DNA of 43,550 nt from a virus. The position numbers and the translations under genes were made by a program. How positions within the stretch are numbered: position 1 is the stretch's first letter; the number at the start of each line of letters is the position of its first letter. The notes beneath the pieces are model-generated. The model did not search any database, was not told where the DNA came from, and saw only the letters and a list, made by a program, of their open reading frames with translations. The stretch lies in UHGV virus genome UHGV-0212646; one strand, 5' to 3'. Below are positions 6,979-15,225 of this stretch, piece after piece.

Positions 6979-7212
6979 AGTAAGCACCTCCCTTCCTTAC
7001 CAGTATAGGAGGCGGTAACATCAGCATTATAGCACACTCATATCATCTCTGCTACTTCTTTTTCGACAATCTCCCCTATTTTTTACTTTCCCAGCCCCGG
7101 CCACAGCAGCGCCCCGTCCTGACTGGGCGTCAGTCTAACAGAATAAATCGACATCTAGATTCAAAGGATAACAATACATTCTTCCTTCTGTGGCGGAAGC
7201 TCCCACAGTACC

Positions 7213-7875
7213 TTAACCCGCCAGCATCTTCGTCGAGTTCTCCTGGATGAATCCCTTGATCTGGTCATATCCCCAACCGCAGCTTATAAGGCTACTCACC
7301 AGCATCTCCATGGATTCAATCTGTTTCAGTTCATCCGCTGTCACATATTCCCGAATACTTTCTTTCCTCTTCACCCCATACTGCTCCTGCAGTTCCTTCA
7401 TGGTCTTTCCGAAGATGGTCTTGTAGATAAGCTTGGTGTAATTGGGATACATGAATTTCTTATGGGGACTGTCAGTCACTTTCATTTTTATGGTATCGGT
7501 CAGGATATGGCGGACAATAATTCCCTTGTCCCTTTCAATCTGCCACTGTTGCCGTTCTGTATAGATTCTCTTGAGTTCTTTTTCCATAGCATTGAAAGCT
7601 TTGATATAGTCCAGTTTCCATCTTAAAGCTTTCTCGCCTGTAAATCCCATAGCAAGTAATGAAAATCCATCTCTGTCCATTTCATACATAGGATATTCTT
7701 TTCCACGGTTTTTGTATGTAGTCAGGGTGAAAAAACTGGCTGCCGAATTTTCGGCCGTGAGATTTCTAATAGCGTCCAATACATGCCTGTGTTCTTTCTC
7801 AAAATGTTCTGCCACTTTAAGGCTTGTGGTAATCAATCTTTCTTCATATCTTTTCCCGGTAATTTCTACTAACAT
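7213..7875 (-). CDS. phage regulatory protein Rha
   Basis: N-terminus TSLKVAEHFEKEHRHVLDAIRNL is the Rha family signature. GGAAGGA SD. Confidence 0.8.
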   Translation of the reverse strand: MLVEITGKRYEERLITTSLKVAEHFEKEHRHVLDAIRNLTAENSAASFFTLTTYKNRGKEYPMYEMDRDGFSLLAMGFTGEKALRWKLDYIKAFNAMEKELKRIYTERQQWQIERDKGIIVRHILTDTIKMKVTDSPHKKFMYPNYTKLIYKTIFGKTMKELQEQYGVKRKESIREYVTADELKQIESMEMLVSSLISCGWGYDQIKGFIQENSTKMLAG

Positions 7876-7971
7876 AAACTACATCCTTCCTATGCGTTTA
7901 TTTTTCGTACAATAAAAGCCCTGGGAAACATCCCAAGGCTGAACATTCCATATTCACTTGTTTGATCCGGT

Positions 7972-8763
7972 TTAAAACTCGCCCGGCCCCTGTACCCCGC
8001 TGGCGTCAGTTACATACAAGGCGCATTCCAACGGGTGGCCTGCCGCCGGCTCAAAGTAATACCATTTCCCATCGATCTGATGCCAGTCCGTTAATGCGTA
8101 GCCATCCTGGTTAAAATAATACTTGTGATGGTTAATCACCTGCCAGCAGGACTTATAATAGGTGTGGGGCGTGTCTGCGTACCACCATCCGTTACTGTCA
8201 TGGTGCCAGCCTAATACGTATTCTGATTGGCTGACAATCGACCAGTCCGGCAGCCCGTAGCCAAGAATTTTCCCATAAGACCGGCTGTAAGCCTTCCGGC
8301 ACACCCCGCCGCCGTTTTCAATCACACCGGATGCACCGGACGTATTGCCCTCAATGGTCTTGATCCGCGTTGCCGTCACCTCTGTAACGATCCCTGTATG
8401 ATAGGCTCTCTGGCCGTTGGTAAAGAAGATCACTGCCCCAGGCTCCGGCACCGCGGCCCACCGGCCTGCCTTTTTAAACTGGTTGACCCCTGTGGGGCAA
8501 TAATGGTACAGGCTGCCTCCCAGAAGTTTCTTAGCCTCCTCAAGCCCAAATGCCTGCACAAATACCTCTGATACGAACATGGCGCACCAGGGCTGGGCCT
8601 GCAGGTTCTGACCGGTATGTATCTTATAGTCCCTGGCAAAGCAGGTGAAATTGCCGCTGCCGGCATTGGCCGTAAAATCATCCAGCTGGGCGTTGCTTTT
8701 CTTTTCCAGATAGCCGTCCCAATGGGCGGTCTGATCAATGAGTTTCTTTACTGCGTTTTCCAT
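7972..8763 (-). CDS. endolysin: CHAP/NlpC-P60-type peptidase domain plus C-terminal cell-wall-binding (choline-binding-type) repeats
   Basis: ATG at 8763 follows a GGAGG SD. Catalytic Cys (PWCAMFVSE) and His (AYHTGIV). Repeats GWHHDSNGWWY..., KYYFNQDGYALTDWHQIDGKWYYF. Confidence 0.8.
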   Translation of the reverse strand: MENAVKKLIDQTAHWDGYLEKKSNAQLDDFTANAGSGNFTCFARDYKIHTGQNLQAQPWCAMFVSEVFVQAFGLEEAKKLLGGSLYHYCPTGVNQFKKAGRWAAVPEPGAVIFFTNGQRAYHTGIVTEVTATRIKTIEGNTSGASGVIENGGGVCRKAYSRSYGKILGYGLPDWSIVSQSEYVLGWHHDSNGWWYADTPHTYYKSCWQVINHHKYYFNQDGYALTDWHQIDGKWYYFEPAAGHPLECALYVTDASGVQGPGEF

Positions 8764-8826
8764 ATGTCTTTGCCTCCAAATAAAAAAGCCCGGTACAAAA
8801 CCGGACAAAAATCATTTTCAGGTATC

Positions 8827-8855
8827 TTGCTTTTAAAATCTGCATATGCTATAAT
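8827..8855 (+). promoter_or_regulatory. promoter TTGCTT-N17-TGcTATAAT for sRNA-B
   Basis: Same architecture as the copy A promoter. Confidence 0.6.
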
Positions 8856-8861
8856 GCCAGT

Positions 8862-8937
8862 AGGCTAAACGATAAAAGTTGTCCATTTCAGACAGCAAAA
8901 ATGAAAACCCCAAGGACCGCAATTCCTTGGGGTTTTC
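8862..8937 (+). ncRNA. candidate antitoxin sRNA-B
   Basis: Carries the direct repeat aaacgataaaagttgtccatttcagaca, whose near copy (rc) spans the SD/start of toxin-B. Ends at the shared terminator. Confidence 0.5.
8908..8936. terminator. bidirectional terminator, copy B
   Basis: ccccaagg-accgcaatt-ccttgggg plus T-run. Two compensatory base-pair changes relative to copy A. Confidence 0.7.
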
Positions 8938-8980
8938 TATTCCGTTTTTATGGTGGCTTAGACCATAGGCTGGTTACCGA

Positions 8981-9067
8981 CTATTTGTCGCCGTCCAACC
9001 ATTTGTTGATGAGGTGGCTAACCACACCAGCCGCAACGGCAACAATAAACGATAAAAGTGTATCCAA
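8981..9067 (-). CDS. 28-aa hydrophobic peptide, Fst/Ldr-like type I toxin candidate (copy B)
   Basis: GGGAGGTG SD, 6-nt spacer, TTG. Product MDTLLSFIVAVAAGVVSHLINKWLDGDK. Confidence 0.55.
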   Translation of the reverse strand: MDTLLSFIVAVAAGVVSHLINKWLDGDK

Positions 9068-9183
9068 TTCAGACACCTCCCTTCTGTCACCAGATTCGGA
9101 GGCGGTAACGTTAGCATTATAGCACAGCTGCAGTTATGCCGCAATCAAAATATAGACCTCAGGAATCCCCTGGGGCCTGTCTG

Positions 9184-9200
9184 CGTTGCGACGTCGCACG
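9184..9200. repeat. GTTGCGACGTCGCAC palindromic motif (copy 1 of 2; second copy at 27306-27322)
   Basis: Identical 15-17-nt palindrome seen in two late-region intergenic gaps. Confidence 0.4.
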
Positions 9201-9203
9201 ACT

Positions 9204-9428
9204 CTACTCCTGACTGTCATCTACACCGTTGTTATTACGATCAGATGGGCCACCTACGCCGCTCTGATGCTTGTCTGGATGCGGTACATCACATGGTGCA
9301 TCATGCAGATATGGGGTCGGCTCCTTAGGCTGCAGATCTGGCCCTGCGTTTACATAGCCTCCCATTCCAGGGATTTTATCCTGATGTTTTCCTGTTAATT
9401 TTGCCATAAATTTTGTCCTCTCTTTCAT
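9204..9428 (-). CDS. hypothetical Gly/Pro/Asp-rich hydrophilic protein (67-74 aa), doubtful
   Basis: Weak SD. Sits between the holin and toxin-B. The overlapping + ORF 9186..9398 is Trp-rich and unlikely to be real. Confidence 0.25.
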   Translation of the reverse strand: MKERTKFMAKLTGKHQDKIPGMGGYVNAGPDLQPKEPTPYLHDAPCDVPHPDKHQSGVGGPSDRNNNGVDDSQE

Positions 9429-9499
9429 TTTTATTATGTAATGGTAGTTGCTCCGGCTCTAACCCTGGCCGGACCGGGAGATAGATGGATCACCTCCTT

Positions 9500-9679
9500 C
9501 TATTTCTGTCTGCTTTTCTCTGTTTGAACGCCAAAGTAGAACCCCACAATCATCGTGAAGATTGTAAGGTATTCCTGCCCGGAAATTTCCCCAGTGCAGG
9601 TCAGACCCACGAATCCCGCAGTCAGCGCCAGAGTCATGATCGACTTAACATCGATCAGCTTAGCCAGTTTCTCTTTCAT
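9500..9679 (-). CDS. holin (59 aa, two TM helices)
   Basis: GGAGGTG SD, 6-nt spacer, ATG at 9679. Product MKEKLAKLIDVKSIMTLALTAGFVGLTCTGEISGQEYLTIFTMIVGFYFGVQTEKSRQK. Below the ORF-track length cutoff. Confidence 0.7.
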   Translation of the reverse strand: MKEKLAKLIDVKSIMTLALTAGFVGLTCTGEISGQEYLTIFTMIVGFYFGVQTEKSRQK

Positions 9680-9694
9680 TTATGTCACCTCCTT

Positions 9695-9976
9695 TCAAAA
9701 AAGCATTGAGGCCGCCGCACTCACGACCGCCCCAATCAACGCCCCGATTAGCATTTCCCACTGCCGCCCCGGCTTGGCTTTCAGTTCCGTCACATCGTCT
9801 GTCAGCTGCCGGATGGAGCTATTCATGTGCTTAATCTCCTCCGTCTGCCGGGCCATCTCCAAAGCAAGTGTGTGTACGGCATCCACAATCTTCCCTACAC
9901 TGTCCATGCGATGTTTCAAAGATGCTATTTCATGCTTATAGCCTTCGAGCACTACCACAATTTCTTCATCCGTCAT
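9695..9976 (-). CDS. XhlA-like hemolysin/holin-associated protein
   Basis: Coiled-coil N-terminus plus C-terminal TM (MLIGALIGAVVSAAASMLF). Position matches PBSX xhlA. Confidence 0.65.
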   Translation of the reverse strand: MTDEEIVVVLEGYKHEIASLKHRMDSVGKIVDAVHTLALEMARQTEEIKHMNSSIRQLTDDVTELKAKPGRQWEMLIGALIGAVVSAAASMLF

Positions 9977-10260
9977 GCCTGTTCCTCCTTAATCAGCATA
10001 GGTTCATCCATCAGTCCTGAATCCGCCGGCGGTTCATATACGCTGCCGTCATTGCTCAGGTAGATTGTCTGGCCGTCAGTGCGGTACAGTGTATCGTATC
10101 CGCTTATATTGCCTGCCTCCAAGCCTCCGATTGTAAATGTGGTAATATCCCCCCATTCCTTTGGGATATTATCTGCAAACACAATCTGCAGCACGTTGGG
10201 GGCAGCTGGCATGATACGGATAATTTCATACTCAGTATCCTGGATCTTGATTTTTTCCAT
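9973..10260 (-). CDS. XkdW-like hypothetical tail-associated protein
   Basis: AAGGAAGGA SD. A YEPP motif and a position between the fibre and lysis genes, as in PBSX. Confidence 0.45.
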   Translation of the reverse strand: MEKIKIQDTEYEIIRIMPAAPNVLQIVFADNIPKEWGDITTFTIGGLEAGNISGYDTLYRTDGQTIYLSNDGSVYEPPADSGLMDEPMLIKEEQA

Positions 10261-10283
10261 TTTGCATCCTTCCTTTCTAATAA

Positions 10284-10676
10284 TTTGTATTTTTATGTAT
10301 TATAAAAGGCCCTTTCAGGCCCGGAATTTTCTTACATATTGTGCGCAATACCAACTCCTCAAAAATCGGCCACGCTCATGATGAACGATACTATACTGAG
10401 GCTGAGGTAAATAATCTTTTCAATACTTATCAGGGACTTCCTCAATATAGTATGGATCTTTTCAATATACAGAGCGGCGGCCGTCTGCTATATTATGATG
10501 CCAATACGAAAAACACGCCATACAAGGCTGGTATTACACAGGCATCTGAAGGTGTGGCTATTACAGTAGGTGACTGGGGGAACTTTATTACGTCTTTGGC
10601 AATACCGAAAGGCGATTCAAGACTATACATATACAGCCGCGCAAACAGTATAATCACAGACTGGAAAATGCTTTAA
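10284..10676 (+). other. promoterless, RBS-less alternative tail-fibre C-terminal cassette (convergent with the fibre gene)
   Basis: Frame open from 10284, with no SD. Encodes (LHIV)RNTNSSKIGHAHDERYYT..., mirroring LYTVLNTKSSKIGHTHDDRYHT in the middle of the fibre gene. The downstream ~95 aa diverge. Confidence 0.5.
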
Positions 10677-11383
10677 GTCCTACCAGAAATTTCCTTCCAT
10701 TCTCCATAGGATACTCCTGGAGTATGGAGTGACACAAACAGCCGCAGATCGTTGCTGATGGCAATCCGTGTTGTCCACATCTTGAGGAAACCAAATGTCA
10801 GGATAACACCGCCGTTTCCTTCTCCCTCTACTGGCCTGTGTGTAGCGTTATCCGCATAGATGTATATTCCTGGCGAGTTTGTATCCACGAGGCAATCCGA
10901 GACACTGGTTGCATTTTTAGCATAGAAAAGTTCGCTATCCTCCTGCTTTGTGTGATACCTGTCATCATGGGTATGTCCAATCTTAGAGCTCTTGGTATTG
11001 AGCACAGTATAAAGATCCATCAATACCTTTCCCTGAGCCGCCGACAGGGGCAGATCTGTCCGGTCAGTAACACAGTTGTTTACGATCTGTCCGATCAGGC
11101 AGACGCCGGTCATCCAATTCCTAAAATCTTCCGTAAACTTCTTCATCTTCCCCCAGCGTGTCCGGGCCTTTTCTTTTGCGGCCGGTACCGGGAAACTGTC
11201 TGATGATGCATCAAAGGCAGAAACCAGAGTGTCCGCGGTGTCGCCTCCAATGGAATCTACCTTATCTTTGTCCAATTCTTTCATGGTCTTATCAACGGTA
11301 TCCATATTTTCATTGATGACCTCTATCGAAATATACTCATTACTTTCTGGCTTTTTCAGGCCATAATTTTCTGTTGTATTCAT
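10673..11383 (-). CDS. tail fibre / receptor-binding protein
   Basis: XkdV position in the tail module. ATGA overlap with the upstream gene. The C-terminal ~105 aa are the variable part. Confidence 0.6.
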   Translation of the reverse strand: MNTTENYGLKKPESNEYISIEVINENMDTVDKTMKELDKDKVDSIGGDTADTLVSAFDASSDSFPVPAAKEKARTRWGKMKKFTEDFRNWMTGVCLIGQIVNNCVTDRTDLPLSAAQGKVLMDLYTVLNTKSSKIGHTHDDRYHTKQEDSELFYAKNATSVSDCLVDTNSPGIYIYADNATHRPVEGEGNGGVILTFGFLKMWTTRIAISNDLRLFVSLHTPGVSYGEWKEISGRT

Positions 11384-11913
11384 AAACCCACCGTCCTTAT
11401 CCCTTCCCAGGTGTATGCCGAAGCCTGCTTCCAGGTCAACGCCGCCACATCACCCCATGTGTTATAAATATATTCATACTCCACCGCCAGGTGGGCAGGC
11501 TTGATTTCTTCTATTGTCAGTTTCAAATCTGCCACATTACCTGGAATCCCCAGCGTTCCGACAAAGCGGATTACAAAACGATAATTGGCCGCATCCTCGA
11601 TCACTTCCACTTCGCCATTAGAATAACTGCCAGCCACATTTTTCACCATTTCCTTGGTAGTAGTACCCACCCCTGATATCTTCGCCCTGATTCGTTCCCT
11701 CCGAAAGTCATCAGGCTTTGATACGTCCACCTCCAGCCCTAAAAGCTGTTCGTATCGTGACAATAGACCCGACGCTGTAGATGCAAAACATTCCGAAATT
11801 GTACTGCTCAATCCGTTTTCCAGATCATCCGTCACTTCGGACAGAAGCGTCTGCAGAGTTTGCATAGTCACATTTTTATCATAATAATCCGGGAGAAGCT
11901 TAATCAGTTCCAA
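11380..11913 (-). CDS. phage tail protein, DUF2313 (XkdU/YmfQ-like)
   Basis: Sequence family and gene order. Confidence 0.6.
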   Translation of the reverse strand: MELIKLLPDYYDKNVTMQTLQTLLSEVTDDLENGLSSTISECFASTASGLLSRYEQLLGLEVDVSKPDDFRRERIRAKISGVGTTTKEMVKNVAGSYSNGEVEVIEDAANYRFVIRFVGTLGIPGNVADLKLTIEEIKPAHLAVEYEYIYNTWGDVAALTWKQASAYTWEGIRTVGL

Positions 11914-12928
11914 GTGTATTCACCTCCGTCAAATCAATAGTCCCTACTATAGGAATCTGCCTTTCCCCGATTACAACGTTTCCAGTTCCTTCATTCAGGA
12001 GAAACCCTTCAAAATCTTCTATACCCTGAACATCTAACAGCAGGCTGCCAAGTTTTGCATAGCTGATCTTATAGGTAATAAATACCGTTTCGCGCAGGAA
12101 CATCTGCACTGCCGTTTTATATGCCTTCAAGATATCTGCCAGCGTCTTGCTCCCATCCCTTAAGACTTTGGCCTTGATATTGATCTTAACCGCCTCAGGG
12201 CTTTTGACTGTCACTGCAGCGCCGATCGGACGCACGGTTTCAATATACGCCGCCACCATATCTGGCAAAGAAGAAGATATCTGTTTATTGCTGTCCACGA
12301 CCAGCACCGTAACAGTACCGGGACCATCCGCCAAAGGGAATACTTTAACAGCACCAGTGCCCGAAACCTCCAGAGCCCACTGTTGGTAATGATAGACGTT
12401 CCCGGATGTAGCCGGTAACCGAATCTTGGTGTATAAGCGTTCCCTCAGCGCTTCATCCGTTTCTTCATCCGTGCCAAGCGTAACAATGTCACCCAGTGAT
12501 GCTGTCACGCCTGTGATGTTTGAAACAGGCTGCATGGATCCGCTGTACTGATTCCCGATCACTCCGTATGTTTCGCACTTTGCACAGTATTCCGTGTCGC
12601 TCCTTTTTTCCGTCACCACATAAACCAGATTATTTATTCCCCACCGGGTCCCGTTTTCTACCGGGCCTGACGTTGTCATCTTACGTACAGCCCTGGTGGC
12701 GGGTTTGCGGTAAATATTATAGGCATCTGCTGCCCGGTCCAGATACTCACCAAGGGCTGTATCAGGAAAGACCAGATCCACAAAATTGTCAAGTTGGAAG
12801 TTCTGTTGGGTCAGAAAATATGCACATGGTGCCAGAGCGTCATAAATAACACTGCCTTCCCGCTTGTCCACATCGTTTGGCACCTTATCAAGCATGGCCC
12901 GCAGCAATTCTTCATATGTCATTTTCAC
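11900..12928 (-). CDS. baseplate J-like protein (XkdT-like)
   Basis: Size, gene order and Baseplate_J-like sequence features. Confidence 0.75.
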   Translation of the reverse strand: MKMTYEELLRAMLDKVPNDVDKREGSVIYDALAPCAYFLTQQNFQLDNFVDLVFPDTALGEYLDRAADAYNIYRKPATRAVRKMTTSGPVENGTRWGINNLVYVVTEKRSDTEYCAKCETYGVIGNQYSGSMQPVSNITGVTASLGDIVTLGTDEETDEALRERLYTKIRLPATSGNVYHYQQWALEVSGTGAVKVFPLADGPGTVTVLVVDSNKQISSSLPDMVAAYIETVRPIGAAVTVKSPEAVKINIKAKVLRDGSKTLADILKAYKTAVQMFLRETVFITYKISYAKLGSLLLDVQGIEDFEGFLLNEGTGNVVIGERQIPIVGTIDLTEVNTLGTD

Positions 12929-13311
12929 ACCGTCATCTCCTTTTCTATCTGCAATTCCCCGTAAATACTTGATACATCAAAGGTACACCGGCATGTATCC
13001 CCGGAAAATTCAAACTCGAAGCCATCCACCTCGCGGATCCGGTCATCCTGCTGAAGCGCTTCTTCTACCATTCGCCGCAGTTCTGCCCTTACATATGACC
13101 GTTCCTCTCCGAGCAGTTCCTTCCAGGCAATCCCATACTTAAAGCTGTAGATGGGATATTCATACTGCTCTGTAGACAATATCTTGTAAATGGCCTGTTT
13201 TAAAGCCTCTAACTCATCCACAAATCCTTCTATTTTTGTATCTGACAGTTTATATGTCCTGGTCTCATATGTCTGCTCCTGAACTGCCAGATCGGTTGTT
13301 AGTCCTGCCAT
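12925..13311 (-). CDS. DUF2634 tail protein (XkdS-like)
   Basis: Gene order and size. Confidence 0.55.
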   Translation of the reverse strand: MAGLTTDLAVQEQTYETRTYKLSDTKIEGFVDELEALKQAIYKILSTEQYEYPIYSFKYGIAWKELLGEERSYVRAELRRMVEEALQQDDRIREVDGFEFEFSGDTCRCTFDVSSIYGELQIEKEMTV

Positions 13312-13313
13312 GG

Positions 13314-13589
13314 TCAGCCTCCTGTCTGGTACGGTTTTCCGATGATTTCCAAAATATAGTATTCCTTCCCCCGGTCATTGCGCAGGATCCGCACCTTATC
13401 CCCCGACACCAGACGGTCTTTCATATTTCCTGTAACCATACTCATTGGAACCGGGATCTTTCCAATCACAACCGCGCTTCCCGTGTATGTCCCCATAAGC
13501 ACCGCAGCCGGTTTCCGGCATTTCATATAGTTATCTACCACCGTCTTTACGAGATCAAAAAACTCCTGATACGCCCCTTTATCATTCAC
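13314..13589 (-). CDS. DUF2577 tail protein (XkdR-like)
   Basis: Gene order and size (~90 aa). Confidence 0.5.
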   Translation of the reverse strand: MNDKGAYQEFFDLVKTVVDNYMKCRKPAAVLMGTYTGSAVVIGKIPVPMSMVTGNMKDRLVSGDKVRILRNDRGKEYYILEIIGKPYQTGG

Positions 13590-14559
13590 CCGTCATCACC
13601 TCCACCGACATTGTATGTGTGGGAAGAAAATCGTGCGTGACCTTTTTAACGATCAGTCTCTGGTTTAATGCAATATTCCCAATACTGCCATATATGCTAT
13701 TCCCTGCCCGCACCCGAAGATCACCCAGACAGTCCAGTTTCATAGTTTCCTTCTCATGGTTATACAGTTTCAATAGATTATTAGCCCGCTCCTGGGCTTT
13801 GGCCGCATTATCAATACCCGATGGGGATGTTTCCAAATACTGAAGCAGTCCATATCGATTCACCGCGTCCTGATCGTGGGCGGCTCCCACGTCAATCTGC
13901 CCGCCGCTTTCGTTCTTCCACACCACCTTGATCTGATTGTAATAATCATCGTCTATGGACTTTTCCCAGCTGTATCCTGTACATAGGCTATTATCACCCA
14001 GAATCAGCGGTAGCTGGAGGTTTCGCATATTCCACAGACACACCTTCCCATATTCATCACGCAGGCAATATTTCTCCTGCGTCCCAATCAGGGTATCCGA
14101 TGCTGCCTGTACAATATGATCCAACCATGATTTTTCATAGTCAGCAATCGTGGGAATGATAAAGCCGGGATCCTCGATGGTTCCCGGCGTCATACTCTGA
14201 AATGTACACATATTTTCCACTAAATTCTTCAGTGTTCCATTCTCCAGTACAATGATATCCTTGTTTTTTGCCCTCCGCAGTTGGTCGTATGCCTTAATAG
14301 TTATGGTCTGCCCCTCTCCGCCATCCCGGCTGTCCCCGGATACCTTATAAACGGATCCGAAGAAAATACCATCCACCTGGTTGTTTTCCGTCACGCGAAC
14401 AACATCCCCATTTTGCAGTACCAGCCCGTCACTGATATAGGAGATGTCCAGGCTGCTGGCTCCCTCATTCAGCGTTTCTGACCAGGAAACCTCTTTGCAC
14501 ATTTCCGAAATATCATAAATATATCCCTGGCTTTCTGCCAGAATTTCCATTCGCAACAC
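13582..14559 (-). CDS. XkdQ/YqbQ-like tail protein (late control D-like)
   Basis: Gene order, size, family-like sequence. Confidence 0.6.
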   Translation of the reverse strand: MLRMEILAESQGYIYDISEMCKEVSWSETLNEGASSLDISYISDGLVLQNGDVVRVTENNQVDGIFFGSVYKVSGDSRDGGEGQTITIKAYDQLRRAKNKDIIVLENGTLKNLVENMCTFQSMTPGTIEDPGFIIPTIADYEKSWLDHIVQAASDTLIGTQEKYCLRDEYGKVCLWNMRNLQLPLILGDNSLCTGYSWEKSIDDDYYNQIKVVWKNESGGQIDVGAAHDQDAVNRYGLLQYLETSPSGIDNAAKAQERANNLLKLYNHEKETMKLDCLGDLRVRAGNSIYGSIGNIALNQRLIVKKVTHDFLPTHTMSVEVMTGE

Positions 14560-14562
14560 CTC

Positions 14563-15225
14563 CTATGCCGGGATCGTAAGCACCTGTCCAGGATAGATCA
14601 AGTTGGGGTTCTTGATTCCTGGATTAGCTGCCGCAATTTTCTTGTATTGGCTGCCATTTCCATAATACTTCTTTGCAATCCCCCAAAGGGTATCGCCAGA
14701 CTGGACGGCATGGGTCTTGTTTTCTGTCACTGCGGGATTGGTTTCTGCAGACGCAGACGTATCTTCCTGCTTTACTGTAGCTGCTGCCGTCTGTACCGCT
14801 ACATACCGTTTTCCCGGTGCCTTGTATTCCAAAAGCTTGATCGTCAGGTACTTATCCCCCTCTTCTCCAGCTTTTTCTACAGCCTCCACGCTTTTTACCA
14901 GTACCATAATACTGATATCATCTGTAATATCGTTAGAGGCAATAAAGCGGATTGGCTTTAAGTCCTTCTGGGCCTTACGAAACATTTTTTCATAGTAATC
15001 CGCATCGGCCTTTGCACCGGGGTTCATATAGTGATAATCCTGACTGGGAAATTCCGCTTCAAAACTAAATTCTTCCAGGCCATAATAAGATGGGACAGAA
15101 ACCTGTCCTGTCCCAAGTACCTGGTAAGTCTCTATATTCAATTCCCGATTCCTCTTGATCTCCTCTGGATTGACGGGGAGCTTGTATTTCTTATTCCCAT
15201 ATTTAAAATAAACTGAATATGACAT
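14563..15225 (-). CDS. LysM-domain tail protein (XkdP-like)
   Basis: C-terminal LysM: HAVQSGDTLWGIAKKYYGNGSQYKKIAAANPGIKNPNLIYPGQVLTIP. Confidence 0.75.
   Translation of the reverse strand: MSYSVYFKYGNKKYKLPVNPEEIKRNRELNIETYQVLGTGQVSVPSYYGLEEFSFEAEFPSQDYHYMNPGAKADADYYEKMFRKAQKDLKPIRFIASNDITDDISIMVLVKSVEAVEKAGEEGDKYLTIKLLEYKAPGKRYVAVQTAAATVKQEDTSASAETNPAVTENKTHAVQSGDTLWGIAKKYYGNGSQYKKIAAANPGIKNPNLIYPGQVLTIPA

Noticed and set aside
8227-8738. ORFs 8227..8571 (+) and 8430..8738 (-)
   Set aside because: Embedded in alternative frames of the endolysin gene. They are Pro/Arg-rich and lack starts with SD.
9186-9398. 70-aa Trp-rich + strand ORF
   Set aside because: Antisense to the Gly/Pro-rich minus ORF. 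Five Trp in 70 aa with no SD, so likely noncoding.
10284-11383. Diversity-generating retroelement as the explanation for the duplicated fibre motif
   Set aside because: No reverse transcriptase or template/variable repeat pair is present. The two copies differ mainly by synonymous codon changes rather than adenine-specific substitutions.
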